Below, one piece after another: positions 18,459-28,828 of a stretch of 41,379 bases of DNA; within the stretch, counting starts at the first letter, position 1, and each line of letters starts with the position of its first letter. Location: assembly GCA_018971215.1 (NCBI GenBank), contig JAGXBG010000001.1, positions 1 to 41,379 of the forward strand, in the 5' to 3' direction. The DNA is from Alphaproteobacteria bacterium. Lineage in GTDB: Bacteria; Pseudomonadota; Alphaproteobacteria; ATCC43930; CGMCC-115725. The notes beneath the pieces were generated by a model. The model did no database searches, was not told where the DNA came from, and saw only the letters and a program-made list of their open reading frames with translations. The position numbers and the translations under genes were made by a program.

Positions 18459-19721
18459 ATGAGACGCGTTGTCGTCACTGGCTGCGGCGTCGTCACGCCT
18501 TTGGGCGTGGGGACCGAGACTGTCTGGAAGCGGCTGCTCGAAGGCCAATCCGGAATACGTGCGATCCAGAATTTCGACGTGTCGGACCTGCCGGCGAAGA
18601 TCGCCGGCCAGGTGCCGCGCGGCGAGACTGCGTCGGGCTCGTTCAATGCCGACGACTGGGTGCCGCCGAAGGAACAGCGCAAGATGGACGAGTTCATCGT
18701 CTTCGCGCTGGCGGCGGCCGCGCAGGCGGTGGACGATTCCGGCTGGAAGCCGACCGACCCGGTCGAGCGCGAGCGCACGGGCGTGATGATCGGCTCCGGC
18801 ATTGGCGGGCTGCCGGGAATCACCGAAGGCGCGCTGACGGTTCACGAAAAGGGTCCACGCCGGCTGTCGCCATTCTTCATTCCGGCCAACCTGATCAACC
18901 TGGCGTCGGGTCACGTTTCGATCCGCTATGGATACAGCGGCCCCAATCACGCCGTGGTGACCGCCTGCTCGACCGGTGCGCATGCAATCGGCGACGCCGC
19001 GCGCATCATCATGTGGGACGATGCCGACGTCATGGTCGCAGGCGGCACCGAAGCGGCGATCTGCCGCATCGGTATCGCCGGTTTTGCCGCGGCGCGTGCG
19101 CTGTCGACAAAGTTCAACGACGAACCGCAGCGTGCCTCGCGCCCGTGGGATCAGCAGCGCGACGGTTTCGTGATGGGCGAGGGCGCCGGCATCGTCGTTC
19201 TCGAAGAGCTCGAGCACGCCAAGAAGCGCGGCGCCAAGATCTACGCCGAGGTAATCGGCTACGGCATGTCGGGCGACGCGCATCACATCACGGCGCCGGC
19301 CGAAGACGGCAGCGGCGCTTTCCGCGCCATGCGCAATGCGCTTGGCCGCGCTAAGCTCGCGCCGGACCAGATCGATTACGTGAACGCGCACGGCACCTCG
19401 ACGCCCCTCGGCGATGAAATCGAATTAGGCGCCGTCAAGCGGCTCTTCGGCGAATCGGTCTACAAACTGTCGATGTCTTCGACCAAATCGGCGATCGGCC
19501 ATTTGTTGGGCGCGGCCGGCAGCGTCGAGGCGATCTTCTCGATCCTGGCGTTGCGCGACGGCGTCGTGCCGCCGACGCTCAACCTCGAAAACCCGTCGCC
19601 GAGCTGCGACATCGATCTTGTGCCGCTCAAGGCCAAGCAGCGGCCGGTGCGTTACGCGTTGAGCAACTCGTTCGGCTTTGGCGGAACCAACGCGTCGCTG
19701 ATCTTCGGCCCGGCGCCCTGA
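18459..19721 (+). CDS. fabF: 3-oxoacyl-ACP synthase II
   Basis: 420 aa. Active-site Cys in VVTACSTGAH, His motifs AHGTSTPLGD and KSAIGHLLGAAG, and C-terminal NSFGFGGTNASL. Confidence 0.95.
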   Translation: MRRVVVTGCGVVTPLGVGTETVWKRLLEGQSGIRAIQNFDVSDLPAKIAGQVPRGETASGSFNADDWVPPKEQRKMDEFIVFALAAAAQAVDDSGWKPTDPVERERTGVMIGSGIGGLPGITEGALTVHEKGPRRLSPFFIPANLINLASGHVSIRYGYSGPNHAVVTACSTGAHAIGDAARIIMWDDADVMVAGGTEAAICRIGIAGFAAARALSTKFNDEPQRASRPWDQQRDGFVMGEGAGIVVLEELEHAKKRGAKIYAEVIGYGMSGDAHHITAPAEDGSGAFRAMRNALGRAKLAPDQIDYVNAHGTSTPLGDEIELGAVKRLFGESVYKLSMSSTKSAIGHLLGAAGSVEAIFSILALRDGVVPPTLNLENPSPSCDIDLVPLKAKQRPVRYALSNSFGFGGTNASLIFGPAP

Positions 19722-19722
19722 G

Positions 19723-20718
19723 ATGCGGTGGCTCCGTTACGGCGCGCTGGGGATCATCGCCCTAGTGGTCGTGACGGCCGCGGTGCTCGGATGGGGGGTC
19801 GGCGATTACTTCGCCGCCGGACCGCTCGCCAAAGCCAAAGTCGTCGTCGTACCCAAGGGGTCGAGCGTCGAGCAGATCGCCGAGACGCTGGGCCAAGCGG
19901 GCGTCATCGCGCATCCCTGGGCCTTCGCCGCTGCGGTGCACGTGACCGGCACGGCCGACCGGCTCAAGGCCGGTGAGTACGAATTCGCCGCGGCAATCAG
20001 CCCGCGGGCGATCGTCGGCCTGCTGCTGTCCGGCCGGGTCGTTCGCCACAAGCTGACGGTTGTCGAAGGGCTGACCAGCGCCGAGGTGGTCGCGCTGGTC
20101 GACGCCGCGCCGGCGCTCGCCGGCTCGATCACGATTCCGCCGCCCGAGGGCAGCGTGCTGCCGCAGACCTATTTCTACATCTATGGCGAGCAGCGCAACG
20201 AACTGGTCGCGCGCATGACGCACGCGATGGACGCCATCGTCGCGAAGACCTGGGCCGGACGCGCGCCGGGCCTGCCGCTCGCCAACGCCCAGCAGATGGT
20301 GACGCTGGCGTCGATCATCGAGCGTGAAACGGCGCGCGCGGACGAACGCGCGCGGGTTGCCGGCGTCTATATCGACCGGCTGCGCATCAACATGCCGCTT
20401 CAGGCCGATCCGACCGTGATCTATGGCTTGACCGATGCCGGCCGGAAACCGCTCGGCCGCGCTCTCGGCCACGACGATTTGCTCGTCGATACGCCGTACA
20501 ACACTTATAAATTCAAAGGCCTGCCGCCGACACCGATCTGCAATCCGGGCGCAGCAGCGCTCGAAGCGGCGGTGCACCCCGATCTGCGCGGCGAGCTCTA
20601 TTTCGTCGCCGATGGCGACGGCGGCCATCGCTTCGCCAAGACCCTCGCGCAGCAGGACAAGAACATCGCCGAGCTGCGCGCCCGCACGCAAGCCAAGACA
20701 TCCGGCGCGGCGCAATAG
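19723..20718 (+). CDS. mltG: Endolytic murein transglycosylase MltG (YceG family)
   Basis: 331 aa. N-terminal membrane anchor, catalytic region LASIIERETA, and YNTYKFKGLPPTPICNPG. Lies downstream of fabF, as in many proteobacteria. Confidence 0.9.
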   Translation: MRWLRYGALGIIALVVVTAAVLGWGVGDYFAAGPLAKAKVVVVPKGSSVEQIAETLGQAGVIAHPWAFAAAVHVTGTADRLKAGEYEFAAAISPRAIVGLLLSGRVVRHKLTVVEGLTSAEVVALVDAAPALAGSITIPPPEGSVLPQTYFYIYGEQRNELVARMTHAMDAIVAKTWAGRAPGLPLANAQQMVTLASIIERETARADERARVAGVYIDRLRINMPLQADPTVIYGLTDAGRKPLGRALGHDDLLVDTPYNTYKFKGLPPTPICNPGAAALEAAVHPDLRGELYFVADGDGGHRFAKTLAQQDKNIAELRARTQAKTSGAAQ

Positions 20719-20726
20719 CGCTGCAG

Positions 20727-20755
20727 TTGTTGCCGTGGCGAGCCAAGGCTATAAG
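20727..20755 (+). promoter_or_regulatory. Sigma70-type promoter candidate for yicC-gmk
   Basis: TTGTTG (20727-20732), a 17-nt spacer, then TATAAG (20750-20755), 30 nt upstream of the yicC ATG. Confidence 0.3.
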
Positions 20756-20785
20756 CTCTGGGCCACACAGGGGATTCGACTTGCC

Positions 20786-21673
20786 ATGAGCGTTGCCAGC
20801 ATGACCGGATTCGCGCGGTCGGAGGGGCATGCCGACGGGCTCGGGTGGGTGTGGGAGATCAAGAGCGTCAATTCCAAATCGCTCGATCTGCGGTGCCGCT
20901 TGCCGGCCGGTTACGACGCGCTTGAGCCTAAGTTGCGCGTCGCCCTGGCGGAACGGCTCAAGCGCGGAGCGGTGAGCGTCACGCTGACGGTGACGAAATC
21001 CGCCGGCGCTGTGCCGTTGCGCGTCAATCGTGCGGCCCTAGCGGAGATCATGGCACTTGCCAAGGAGCTGGCGCGGGAGACGGGCGCTGCGCCGCCGCGG
21101 ATCGACGGGCTCTTGGCCCTGAAAGGTGTGCTCGAAAGCAGCGAGGAAACCGCCGATACCCCGGCCGACGAACAGCGGCAGGCCGCGATGCAGCGCGATT
21201 TCGAGGCCGCGCTCGGCGCCCTGACGGCGATGCGCCTCGCCGAAGGCCAACGACTCGTGCCCGCACTCGAGGCGCGCCTCGCCGAGATCACGGCGTTGGT
21301 CGGCGCGGCGGAGCGCACGGCCGTAGCCCAGCCGGCGGCCGCCAAGGCGCGGCTCAAGGAACAGGTCGCGGCGCTGCTTGAGGCCGTGCCGGCGCTTCCG
21401 GAAGAGCGCCTGGCGCAAGAGGCTGCGCTCATCGTCGCGCGCGGCGACGTGCGCGAGGAGCTCGACCGGCTCGCCGCGCACGTCGACGCCGCGCGGAGCC
21501 TACTCAAAGAAGGCGGGCCGATCGGCCGGCGCTTCGATTTCCTGTGTCAGGAGTTCAACCGCGAAGCGAACACGCTCGCTTCGAAATCGCCCGATCTCGA
21601 GCTGACGCGGGTGGCACTCGGCCTCAAAGCCGCCATCGAGCAGCTGCGCGAGCAAGTGCAGAACATCGAATAG
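20786..21673 (+). CDS. yicC: YicC/YloC-family stress-induced protein
   Basis: 295 aa from MSVASMTGFARSEG...WEIKSVNSKSLDLRCRLP. C-terminal DUF1732-like GRRFDFLCQEFNREANTLASKS. The upstream part of the tracked 412-aa ORF overlaps mltG out of frame. Confidence 0.85.
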   Translation: MSVASMTGFARSEGHADGLGWVWEIKSVNSKSLDLRCRLPAGYDALEPKLRVALAERLKRGAVSVTLTVTKSAGAVPLRVNRAALAEIMALAKELARETGAAPPRIDGLLALKGVLESSEETADTPADEQRQAAMQRDFEAALGALTAMRLAEGQRLVPALEARLAEITALVGAAERTAVAQPAAAKARLKEQVAALLEAVPALPEERLAQEAALIVARGDVREELDRLAAHVDAARSLLKEGGPIGRRFDFLCQEFNREANTLASKSPDLELTRVALGLKAAIEQLREQVQNIE

Positions 21674-21675
21674 CC

Positions 21676-22311
21676 ATGACGATGCGCGATATCAAACGAC
21701 GCGGAATCCTGTTGGTGCTGTCGTCGCCTTCGGGCGCCGGCAAGACCACGATTACGCGCGCCCTGGTGACGCGCGAGCCGCAACTGGCGCTGTCGGTTTC
21801 GGCCACGACGCGTCCCCGCCGGGCCGGCGAAGTCGACGGCGAGGACTATCATTTCGTCGACCCGCCGCGGTTCGCGACGATGGTCGCGAATGGTGAGCTG
21901 CTGGAGCATGCGACGGTCTTCGGCCACAGTTACGGCACGCCGCGCGCGCCGCTGATGGCGGCCATCGAAAGCGGCCGCGACATCATCACCGATATCGATT
22001 GGCAGGGCACGCAACAGCTACAGGCGAAGATCGGTGCCGACCTGGTCTCGGTGTTCATCCTGCCGCCGACCATGGCCGCGCTCGAGGCGCGTTTGAAATC
22101 GCGCGCGCAGGACAGCGACGAAGTCGTGCGCGCACGCATGGCAAAATCGTCGGAAGAGCTGAGCCACTGGGATGCGTACGACTACGTCGTGATCAACGAC
22201 GATTTCGAGGACAGCGTCCGCCGCGTGCAGGCGATCCTGAGCGCCGAGCGCGTCCAGCGCCGGCGCCAGGTCGGACTCGCCGAGTTCGTCAACCGCCTGC
22301 GCGGCGTCTAG
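21676..22311 (+). CDS. gmk: Guanylate kinase
   Basis: 211 aa from ATG 21676. P-loop [11 protein letters not shown], plus [20 protein letters not shown]. Confidence 0.95.
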   Translation: MTMRDIKRRGILLVLSSPSGAGKTTITRALVTREPQLALSVSATTRPRRAGEVDGEDYHFVDPPRFATMVANGELLEHATVFGHSYGTPRAPLMAAIESGRDIITDIDWQGTQQLQAKIGADLVSVFILPPTMAALEARLKSRAQDSDEVVRARMAKSSEELSHWDAYDYVVINDDFEDSVRRVQAILSAERVQRRRQVGLAEFVNRLRGV

Positions 22312-23147
22312 CGCACGCTCGCAGTCAGCGCTCGCGCCAGGGCGCAAAATTCGGTAACGGTCAGGCTCTCGGCCCGCGCGGTGGGATCGACCTGTGCCGC
22401 GTGCAGCAATCGGGCGGCATCGCCAAGCGATTTCAGACTCTGGCGCAGCATCTTGCGACGTTGGCCGAAGGCGGCGGCGGTGACGCGCTCGAGCGCGCCC
22501 TGGTCGCAGGGCGCCTGCGGCTCCGGTCGCGGCGTCAGGCGCACGACCGTCGACGTCACTTTGGGCGGCGGGACGAAGGCTTTGGGTGCGATGTCGAACG
22601 GGCGCTCGACGGTGGCGAGCCATTGGGTCAAGACCGACAGCCGCCCGTAATCGCGCGTGTCCGGCTTGGCGGCGAGCCGGGCGGCGACCTCTTTTTGGAA
22701 CATGAGCGTGAAATCGACGAAGGCGGCAATACTCGGCAGCCAGGCGATCAGCAGCGGCGTGGCAACGTTGTAGGGCAGATTGGCGACGATCTTGCGCGGC
22801 GCCGGAACTAGGCTCGCCGGATCAATCGTCAGCGCGTCGCCCGGTACGATGTCGAGGCGGCCCGGAAAGGCGGCGGCAAGCTCGGCGAGCGCTGGCAGGC
22901 AGCGCTCGTCGCGCTCGATCGCGACGACGCGCCGCGCGCCTTCGAGCAGCAGCGCCCGCGTCAAGCCGCCGGGGCCTGGTCCGATCTCGACGACGTTGCA
23001 GTCGGCAAGCGGCGCCGCGCTGCGGGCGATGCGCCGCGTCAAATTGAGATCGAGGAGAAAATTCTGGCCGAGCGCCTTGCGCGCCGCGAGGCCGTGGCGC
23101 CGGATGATGTCGCGCAACGGCGGCAGGGGCGGCGTATCGTCCGCCAA
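22308..23147 (-). CDS. rsmA: 16S rRNA (adenine1518/1519-N6)-dimethyltransferase
   Basis: LGQNFLLD and SAM motif [15 protein letters not shown]. There is no in-frame ATG between the pdxA stop and the conserved N-terminus. The TTG at 23147 gives [20 protein letters not shown]... (279 aa), 8 nt after the pdxA stop. Confidence 0.88.
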   Translation of the reverse strand: MADDTPPLPPLRDIIRRHGLAARKALGQNFLLDLNLTRRIARSAAPLADCNVVEIGPGPGGLTRALLLEGARRVVAIERDERCLPALAELAAAFPGRLDIVPGDALTIDPASLVPAPRKIVANLPYNVATPLLIAWLPSIAAFVDFTLMFQKEVAARLAAKPDTRDYGRLSVLTQWLATVERPFDIAPKAFVPPPKVTSTVVRLTPRPEPQAPCDQGALERVTAAAFGQRRKMLRQSLKSLGDAARLLHAAQVDPTARAESLTVTEFCALARALTASVR

Positions 23148-23155
23148 GCCGGTTC

Positions 23156-24157
23156 TCAGGCCTCGGCCGGTTGTGCCGCGCGCCGCGTCGCCATGGCGCT
23201 GGCCGTCGTCAGCGCGGCGATCAAACTGGCCGGATTGGCAGTGCCGCGACCGGCGATGTCTGTCGCGGTGCCGTGGTCGGGCGAGGTGCGGATGAACGGC
23301 AGGCCCAGCGTAATGTTGATGCCGCGCTCGAAATCGAGCGTTTTCAGCGGGATCAGCGCCTGGTCGTGATACATGCAGAGCACGGCGTCGTAGCGCGCGC
23401 GCGCCGCGGCATGGAACAGCGTGTCGGCCGGTGCCGGGCCGCTGACGTCGATGCCCTGTGCTGCGAGCGCAGCGACCGCTGGCGCGATGATGTCGTGTTC
23501 CTCGTGGCCCATGGCGCCGGCCTCGCCCGCATGTGGATTGAGCGCCGCGACCGCCAGCCGCGGCCGGGCGATGCCGAAGTCGCGCCTCAGCGCCGCCGCT
23601 GTGATGCGGCCGCACGTCACGATCGTCGCGGTCGAGAGCGTCGCGAGCGCGTCGGCTAGCGACAGGTGGACGGTAACCGGCACGACGCGCAGTTCAGGGC
23701 CGACCAGCATCATCACCGGGTGCGCAACATTCGCGAGCGCGCCGAGAAACTCCGTATGGCCGGGATAGGCGAAGCCAGCGTCGTACAGCGTCTCCTTCTG
23801 GATCGGATTGGTGACCACGGCGCTCGCTTGGCGGTTGCGGACCAGCGTCACGGCCCGTTCGATGGCGGCGATCACCGCCGGTGCGTTCGCCGGATCAGGT
23901 CGGCCGGGCACCGGCACGCGCGGCAGGGGCTGCGCCAGCACCGGCAGCGCATCCGAAAAGATGCGTGCGGCCTCGCCTGGGTCGCGAATTTCGCGAACCG
24001 GCACGTCGAGGCCAGTCGCCTGCGCCAGCGCGATCAGCCGCGCCGGGTCGTCGATGACAAAGAATGGCGGCGCGGCGCGCTCCCGCCACGCCTTGAGCGT
24101 GATTTCGCCGCCGATGCCGGCGGGTTCCCCCATCGTCAGCGCGAGCGGTGCGGTCAC
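23156..24157 (-). CDS. pdxA: 4-hydroxythreonine-4-phosphate dehydrogenase
   Basis: 333 aa. [21 protein letters not shown], and TSPDHGTA. Start overlaps the surA stop. Confidence 0.95.
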   Translation of the reverse strand: MTAPLALTMGEPAGIGGEITLKAWRERAAPPFFVIDDPARLIALAQATGLDVPVREIRDPGEAARIFSDALPVLAQPLPRVPVPGRPDPANAPAVIAAIERAVTLVRNRQASAVVTNPIQKETLYDAGFAYPGHTEFLGALANVAHPVMMLVGPELRVVPVTVHLSLADALATLSTATIVTCGRITAAALRRDFGIARPRLAVAALNPHAGEAGAMGHEEHDIIAPAVAALAAQGIDVSGPAPADTLFHAAARARYDAVLCMYHDQALIPLKTLDFERGINITLGLPFIRTSPDHGTATDIAGRGTANPASLIAALTTASAMATRRAAQPAEA

Positions 24158-25410
24158 GCGCGGATATCCACATAGGCCGCGCGGCGCAAGTCGAGCAGGT
24201 AGCGCCGCGCCAGAGCGTCAAGCCGTGCCCGCGCGAGGTTCTCGGAAACCTGGTCGTGGGTCGGCATGCCGCTGCTCGGTTCCTTGCGCGAGCACACCAT
24301 GAAGACCGCGACGCCCGGGGCGTTGGCGAGGCGTATCGGCTTGCTGGCTTCGGCGAGTTTGAGTTGCAGCACCTGCGGGCGGATATCCGGCGGCAACCGC
24401 GCGGCGGTGACGTCGCCGTTCTGCGTCGTTAGCGGTGGATTATGGTCGTGGCCGAGCTTTGCCAGCTCGCCGCAGCTCTTCGCCGCACCGGAGACCTGCT
24501 GGGCTTCGGCCATGATGTGTTGTTCCTGGGCGGCGCTCGCCGTTGGTGGCAACGGGAAGACGACCTCCGTCAGTCCCAGTTGCACGTCGTCTGGATTCAC
24601 CTGGCCGAAGATCCGACGGTCGATCATATACAGGATGTAGTATCCGCCTGGCGTCCGGAGCGGATACGACATTTCGCCCGGCTTCATTTTGCCCAGCGCC
24701 TGGCCCAGCAGCGGCGGCAGTTGGCTCGGCGTTACCCAACCGATATCGCCGCCAGCCGCCGAGCTCGGCGACTGTGAGAATTGCTGCGCGACCGCGGAGA
24801 AATTGGCGCCAGAGCGGATTTGCTGGATGAGCTGGTTGGCGAGGCGTTCGACGTCCTGTTCCTGCGAAGGGTTGTCAATCGCCAGATAGATCTCGGCGAT
24901 GTGGCTTTGCGGCTGTCCCGCATCTTCCTTGATCCGGGCCATGGCTTCGTTGATTTCCTCGTCGGAGATCGACACCTCCTCGGAAAGTTGGTTGCGCACG
25001 ACCTTCGACCAGGCGATTTCGGCCGTCAGCTGATCGGTTAGCGCGGTCTTGGCGATGCCGACGCGTTTCAGATAAGCGTCGAGGCCGCCCTTGGGCATGT
25101 TGTTGCGTTGCTCGATGCCGGCGATCGCATTGTCAATCTCTTCCTTTGTTACGGTCACGTTGAGATGCCGGGCTTCCTGGACCTCGAGCTTCTCGTCGAT
25201 CATCTGATGCAGCACGCGCGGTTGCAAACGCTGGCGATTTTCGGGCGTATCGGGAATGTTGGAAGACGACAACACCAGCGCGACGCGTGCCGACAGATCG
25301 TCCATGCTGACGATGTCGTTGTTGACGACGGCGGCGATGCGGTTTTCTTCCTGTGCCTGGGCGCCGACGGCAACGCAGGTCAATACGACAAGTGACAGCA
25401 ACAGCCTCAT
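24154..25410 (-). CDS. surA: Periplasmic chaperone / peptidyl-prolyl isomerase SurA
   Basis: Start at MRLLLSLVVLTCVAVGAQAQ (signal peptide, ATG 25410). SurA N-domain followed by one parvulin domain (GGDIGWVTPSQLPP...). Sits in the conserved lptD-surA-pdxA-rsmA order. Confidence 0.85.
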   Translation of the reverse strand: MRLLLSLVVLTCVAVGAQAQEENRIAAVVNNDIVSMDDLSARVALVLSSSNIPDTPENRQRLQPRVLHQMIDEKLEVQEARHLNVTVTKEEIDNAIAGIEQRNNMPKGGLDAYLKRVGIAKTALTDQLTAEIAWSKVVRNQLSEEVSISDEEINEAMARIKEDAGQPQSHIAEIYLAIDNPSQEQDVERLANQLIQQIRSGANFSAVAQQFSQSPSSAAGGDIGWVTPSQLPPLLGQALGKMKPGEMSYPLRTPGGYYILYMIDRRIFGQVNPDDVQLGLTEVVFPLPPTASAAQEQHIMAEAQQVSGAAKSCGELAKLGHDHNPPLTTQNGDVTAARLPPDIRPQVLQLKLAEASKPIRLANAPGVAVFMVCSRKEPSSGMPTHDQVSENLARARLDALARRYLLDLRRAAYVDIRA

Positions 25411-25507
25411 GGTCGGGCAAAGGTCTCGCCAAGTAAGGGGCCAAACGTCTCCGGTCACGGAACATACACCGGTCGGCGGCGCTTTTCCTACTATCGGCGC
25501 GTTCAGA

Positions 25508-27721
25508 TTATGGCCCGGACGACGCCAGTTTTGTCCCGACTTCGCCCAGATTCTTGAACACGAACGTGACCAGAAGGCTGACGCCGGGATGAACGTCGCC
25601 GAGCTGTACGCCGGATTGCTGGAGAGAGGTGGTGATCGCGAGGCAATCGTCGCGGTACGTCAAGTCGACGCCCGAATAGATCGTGTTGCCGCCCTGGCTG
25701 ATATTGCGCGTGTCGTGGACACCGACCGACCAGTATTGCGTAAGCGCGGCGTTCACCGCGATGCTGATCTGATCGCCGATTTGCAACGGCGAGGTCAGGC
25801 CGGGGACCGATTTGAACGAGATGAAAGAACCGCTAACGCGCAGGTTTGCTGGACCTGTGGAAAAGCCGGTTTCCTGCCGGCGCATGGCCAGGGTCGAGTG
25901 ATCGAGGCGCATGCGGTAATACAGGTCGAGGAAGGTCGACGGCGAGAGCAGCAACCCACCGACGACATCCGACGCCTGATTTTCGAGGCCGCTGCCAATA
26001 TCGAACGCGCTGCTTTTTTCCAACCGATAGCTTTGGCCTATGAGGAGGTTGCTGCTGCCATATTCGGCGTTGTAGATGCCGGTGTGGAGGGCGTAGTCGA
26101 CGCGCTGTCCGCTGTCGACGCGATCGTAGCCGGGCAACCGGTCGGGCCGGAACAGGCTCGTCTCGTCGAACTCGAACCCCTCGCTATCCTCGTCGGGAAT
26201 AATCGCCGGGTTGCCGCCGTTGGGCGCGGCAATGAATCCGGCCATAGGCTCGATCACTTCGCTGGTGTAGCCGTCACGGCGAACCCACGGGTAGCGCCAT
26301 AGCAACGCTCCTTGCGGAAATACCCGGCCGCTAGTGCCGGAACGGAACACTTGCGAGTTCTCGGTGGATTGGACGTTGTCGGAATCATAGCCGTCGGCCC
26401 GCACCGACATCGAGAACTGATAGCGATCACCGAGCGGCCCGTCGAACGGCAGCCGCCACTCAGTTTTCGTGACCAAGCGCCGAATGTTGGAACCGCTGTG
26501 CCGTTCGAGATTGAGGGCATTGCCGCTCAATTCGAGGCGGCCGCCGATGGGATCAGCCGGACTGGTCCAGTCGTAGGTCGCGATCGGCGCGACGATCGGC
26601 TGAATGCCGTCGCCAACCAGCGAATTCAGGCTTTGAAACGAATAGGCGCTGATGTTGCCGTAGCTGCGCGGCCCGAAATCCTCGGCGTAGACCTGGCTGG
26701 TGAGGAAGTTGGTCGGCTGCGGAAAGTGGTATTTGAGAAGATAGGCCTGATCGGACACGCGCTGGACATCGAAGCCGGCGCGCCAATTTTGGTTCAGAGC
26801 GAACTTACCGTTGCCAAATAGATGGCCGCGGATCGATGTCGTTGAATTTGTGGTCGTCGATACGCCGAGCGGGCTGGTTTGCACGGGAGCGTCGCCGGCC
26901 TCGATGCTGCCTTCGACGTCGAGTTGCCCGAAACCCCAAGCCTGCCGGTATTCCCCGTCGAGGACGTCGCCAGCGTCGGTTGTCACCATGGGACGGATGG
27001 TGAGATCTTTGTCCGGCGCGATCGCCCAGAAATAGGGCTGTGTGACGTGAAAGCCGAGCGTACTGCCGGTACCGACGGTCGGAGGCAGGAAACCGGACTC
27101 CCGTTTCACAGACGGGTCCGGGTGGGAGAAATAGGGCGTATAGAAGATCGGCCAACCGTCGAGTTCCATGGTCGCGTCGTGGTACTCGACGGTCTGTTCT
27201 TGCTTGTCGTGGACGACGCGTTCGGCTTTGATCTGCCACACGGGCGGCTTCGTCGGGTCGCTCGCGCACAACTCGCAGGGCGAATAAACGCCGCGTCGCA
27301 ATTCGGTGCGATTGCCCTCGATGCGACGGCCGGTGTTCGCCGCCAGGCGCGAGCCATCCGACAGCAGAATGCGGACGTCCTTGATAAAGCCTTCACGCAT
27401 GTCATCGTGCAGCTCCATGTAATCGGAGAACACGATGTCGCCGCCCGGCTGCAACAGGCTGACATGCCCAGATGCGGTGACGGTGTCCGTGCGCTGGTTG
27501 TACGTCACCGTGTCGGCCAAGAGAATCTGGTCGACCTGATCGAGTTCGACATGGCCGCGGGCGACCGTGAGACCGAGATCCTGGTCGTATTCCACCTGGT
27601 CGGCTTGGAACAGTACCGGCTTGTTGGGCGCGTGCGCGGCATTCTGCGCGGCCGCCGGCGCGGCTGCAGCGGCAAGCGCGGCCGCGCCGGCGATCCGGTA
27701 AATCAATTTTCCCCCACGCAT
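25508..27721 (-). CDS. lptD: LPS-assembly outer-membrane protein LptD
   Basis: 738 aa from ATG 27721 (MRGGKLIYRIAGAAALAAAAAPAAAQ signal peptide). OstA-like N-domain (VLFQADQVEYDQDLGLTVARGHVEL), then a long beta-barrel-type sequence. Lies directly upstream of surA. Confidence 0.9.
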   Translation of the reverse strand: MRGGKLIYRIAGAAALAAAAAPAAAQNAAHAPNKPVLFQADQVEYDQDLGLTVARGHVELDQVDQILLADTVTYNQRTDTVTASGHVSLLQPGGDIVFSDYMELHDDMREGFIKDVRILLSDGSRLAANTGRRIEGNRTELRRGVYSPCELCASDPTKPPVWQIKAERVVHDKQEQTVEYHDATMELDGWPIFYTPYFSHPDPSVKRESGFLPPTVGTGSTLGFHVTQPYFWAIAPDKDLTIRPMVTTDAGDVLDGEYRQAWGFGQLDVEGSIEAGDAPVQTSPLGVSTTTNSTTSIRGHLFGNGKFALNQNWRAGFDVQRVSDQAYLLKYHFPQPTNFLTSQVYAEDFGPRSYGNISAYSFQSLNSLVGDGIQPIVAPIATYDWTSPADPIGGRLELSGNALNLERHSGSNIRRLVTKTEWRLPFDGPLGDRYQFSMSVRADGYDSDNVQSTENSQVFRSGTSGRVFPQGALLWRYPWVRRDGYTSEVIEPMAGFIAAPNGGNPAIIPDEDSEGFEFDETSLFRPDRLPGYDRVDSGQRVDYALHTGIYNAEYGSSNLLIGQSYRLEKSSAFDIGSGLENQASDVVGGLLLSPSTFLDLYYRMRLDHSTLAMRRQETGFSTGPANLRVSGSFISFKSVPGLTSPLQIGDQISIAVNAALTQYWSVGVHDTRNISQGGNTIYSGVDLTYRDDCLAITTSLQQSGVQLGDVHPGVSLLVTFVFKNLGEVGTKLASSGP

Positions 27722-27725
27722 GCCG

Positions 27726-28823
27726 TTAGCCGTCTTCGAGATGCAGCAGCAGGCTGACGCCGACGAGCCAAGAAATGCCCGCCGGCGTCCAAGCCGCGAG
27801 CAGGGTGGGAATGGTCGCAGACAGGCCAAGGGCAAATACGACGTCGGAGAGGAAATAAAGAAGGAAGCCGCTGGCGATGCCGACGGCGATCATCAGCGTC
27901 GCGCCGCCGGCGCGCTGCATCCGCAGGCTGAAACTGGCGGCGATCAGAACCATGGCCGCGAGCAACAGAGGCCGCGCGAGCAGCGTATCGAAATACAGTT
28001 GATGACGCTGCGACGAGAAGCCGGACGCTTCGAGCAAGCGGATGAAGCCGGGCAGTTCCCAGAACGACATGGTTTCAGGCGGCGCGAAGCTGTCCTGGAT
28101 CTTGGCCGGAGTCAGGTTGGTGGGAATTTCCATCTCGGCGAATTGCTGCGGCTGCTTGTCGGGCGACCAATCGGTGCCGTCGCGCACCGTCCATACGCCC
28201 GATCCGAGCGTCGCCTGCTGCGCGTCGATCCGGCGCTCAAGGCGCGTGTCGTGCGCCAGGAACAGGAACATGACGTCGTGTAGAGCGCGCTGCGGCAATG
28301 TAAATCGTTCGGCGTGAACGATCGACGGATTGCCCTGGGTGTCGCTCTGGCGCAGCCAAAGCCCGGTGCTCGAAAGCGCGAATTGCGGGTTGCCGCCTTG
28401 CAGCACGCGGTTTTGCAACGTCTCGTAGCGGGCCTGGGTGACGGATGCGATCGGGTTGAACAACGTGACCGAGACAACGCCGATTAAAAATGCGCCCGCC
28501 AGTGGCGGCGCGACGAACTGCCAAGCCGAGATCCCGGAGGCGCGCGCCACGACAAGTTCATGGCTGCGTGTCAGGCGCCAGAACACCATCATCGTGCCGA
28601 ACAGGACCGCAAAGGGCAGGATCTGCTGCGCCATATAGGGTTGTTTGAGCAAGGCAAGCTTGAGCAGCACCAGCAACGTGACGTCGGCCTTGGTGCCGGC
28701 GCGCCGGATCAGCTCGACATAGTCGAGCATGAATACGATCGCCGTCATCGTCAGGAAGACGCCGGAGAACCAGATGAAGAACTGGCGCGCGATATAGCGG
28801 AACAGCGTCTTCCAGGGCGACAT
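27726..28823 (-). CDS. lptG: LPS export ABC transporter permease LptG
   Basis: 365 aa from ATG 28823 (MSPWKTLFRYIARQFFIWFSGVF...). YjgP/YjgQ-family layout of three TM helices, a periplasmic domain and three more TM helices. Starts 5 nt after the lptF stop and ends 4 nt before the lptD start. Confidence 0.9.
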   Translation of the reverse strand: MSPWKTLFRYIARQFFIWFSGVFLTMTAIVFMLDYVELIRRAGTKADVTLLVLLKLALLKQPYMAQQILPFAVLFGTMMVFWRLTRSHELVVARASGISAWQFVAPPLAGAFLIGVVSVTLFNPIASVTQARYETLQNRVLQGGNPQFALSSTGLWLRQSDTQGNPSIVHAERFTLPQRALHDVMFLFLAHDTRLERRIDAQQATLGSGVWTVRDGTDWSPDKQPQQFAEMEIPTNLTPAKIQDSFAPPETMSFWELPGFIRLLEASGFSSQRHQLYFDTLLARPLLLAAMVLIAASFSLRMQRAGGATLMIAVGIASGFLLYFLSDVVFALGLSATIPTLLAAWTPAGISWLVGVSLLLHLEDG

Positions 28824-28828
28824 GATGG

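Noticed and set aside
23148-23615. The N-terminal extension of the rsmA ORF, which reaches an ATG inside pdxA.
   Set aside because: It overlaps pdxA out of frame, is Arg/His/Gly-rich, and would add about 155 residues not found in KsgA proteins.
24164-24172. ATATCCACA, an 8/9 match to a DnaA box.
   Set aside because: It is a single isolated copy inside the pdxA/surA coding junction, with no cluster or AT-rich unwinding element. Most likely chance.
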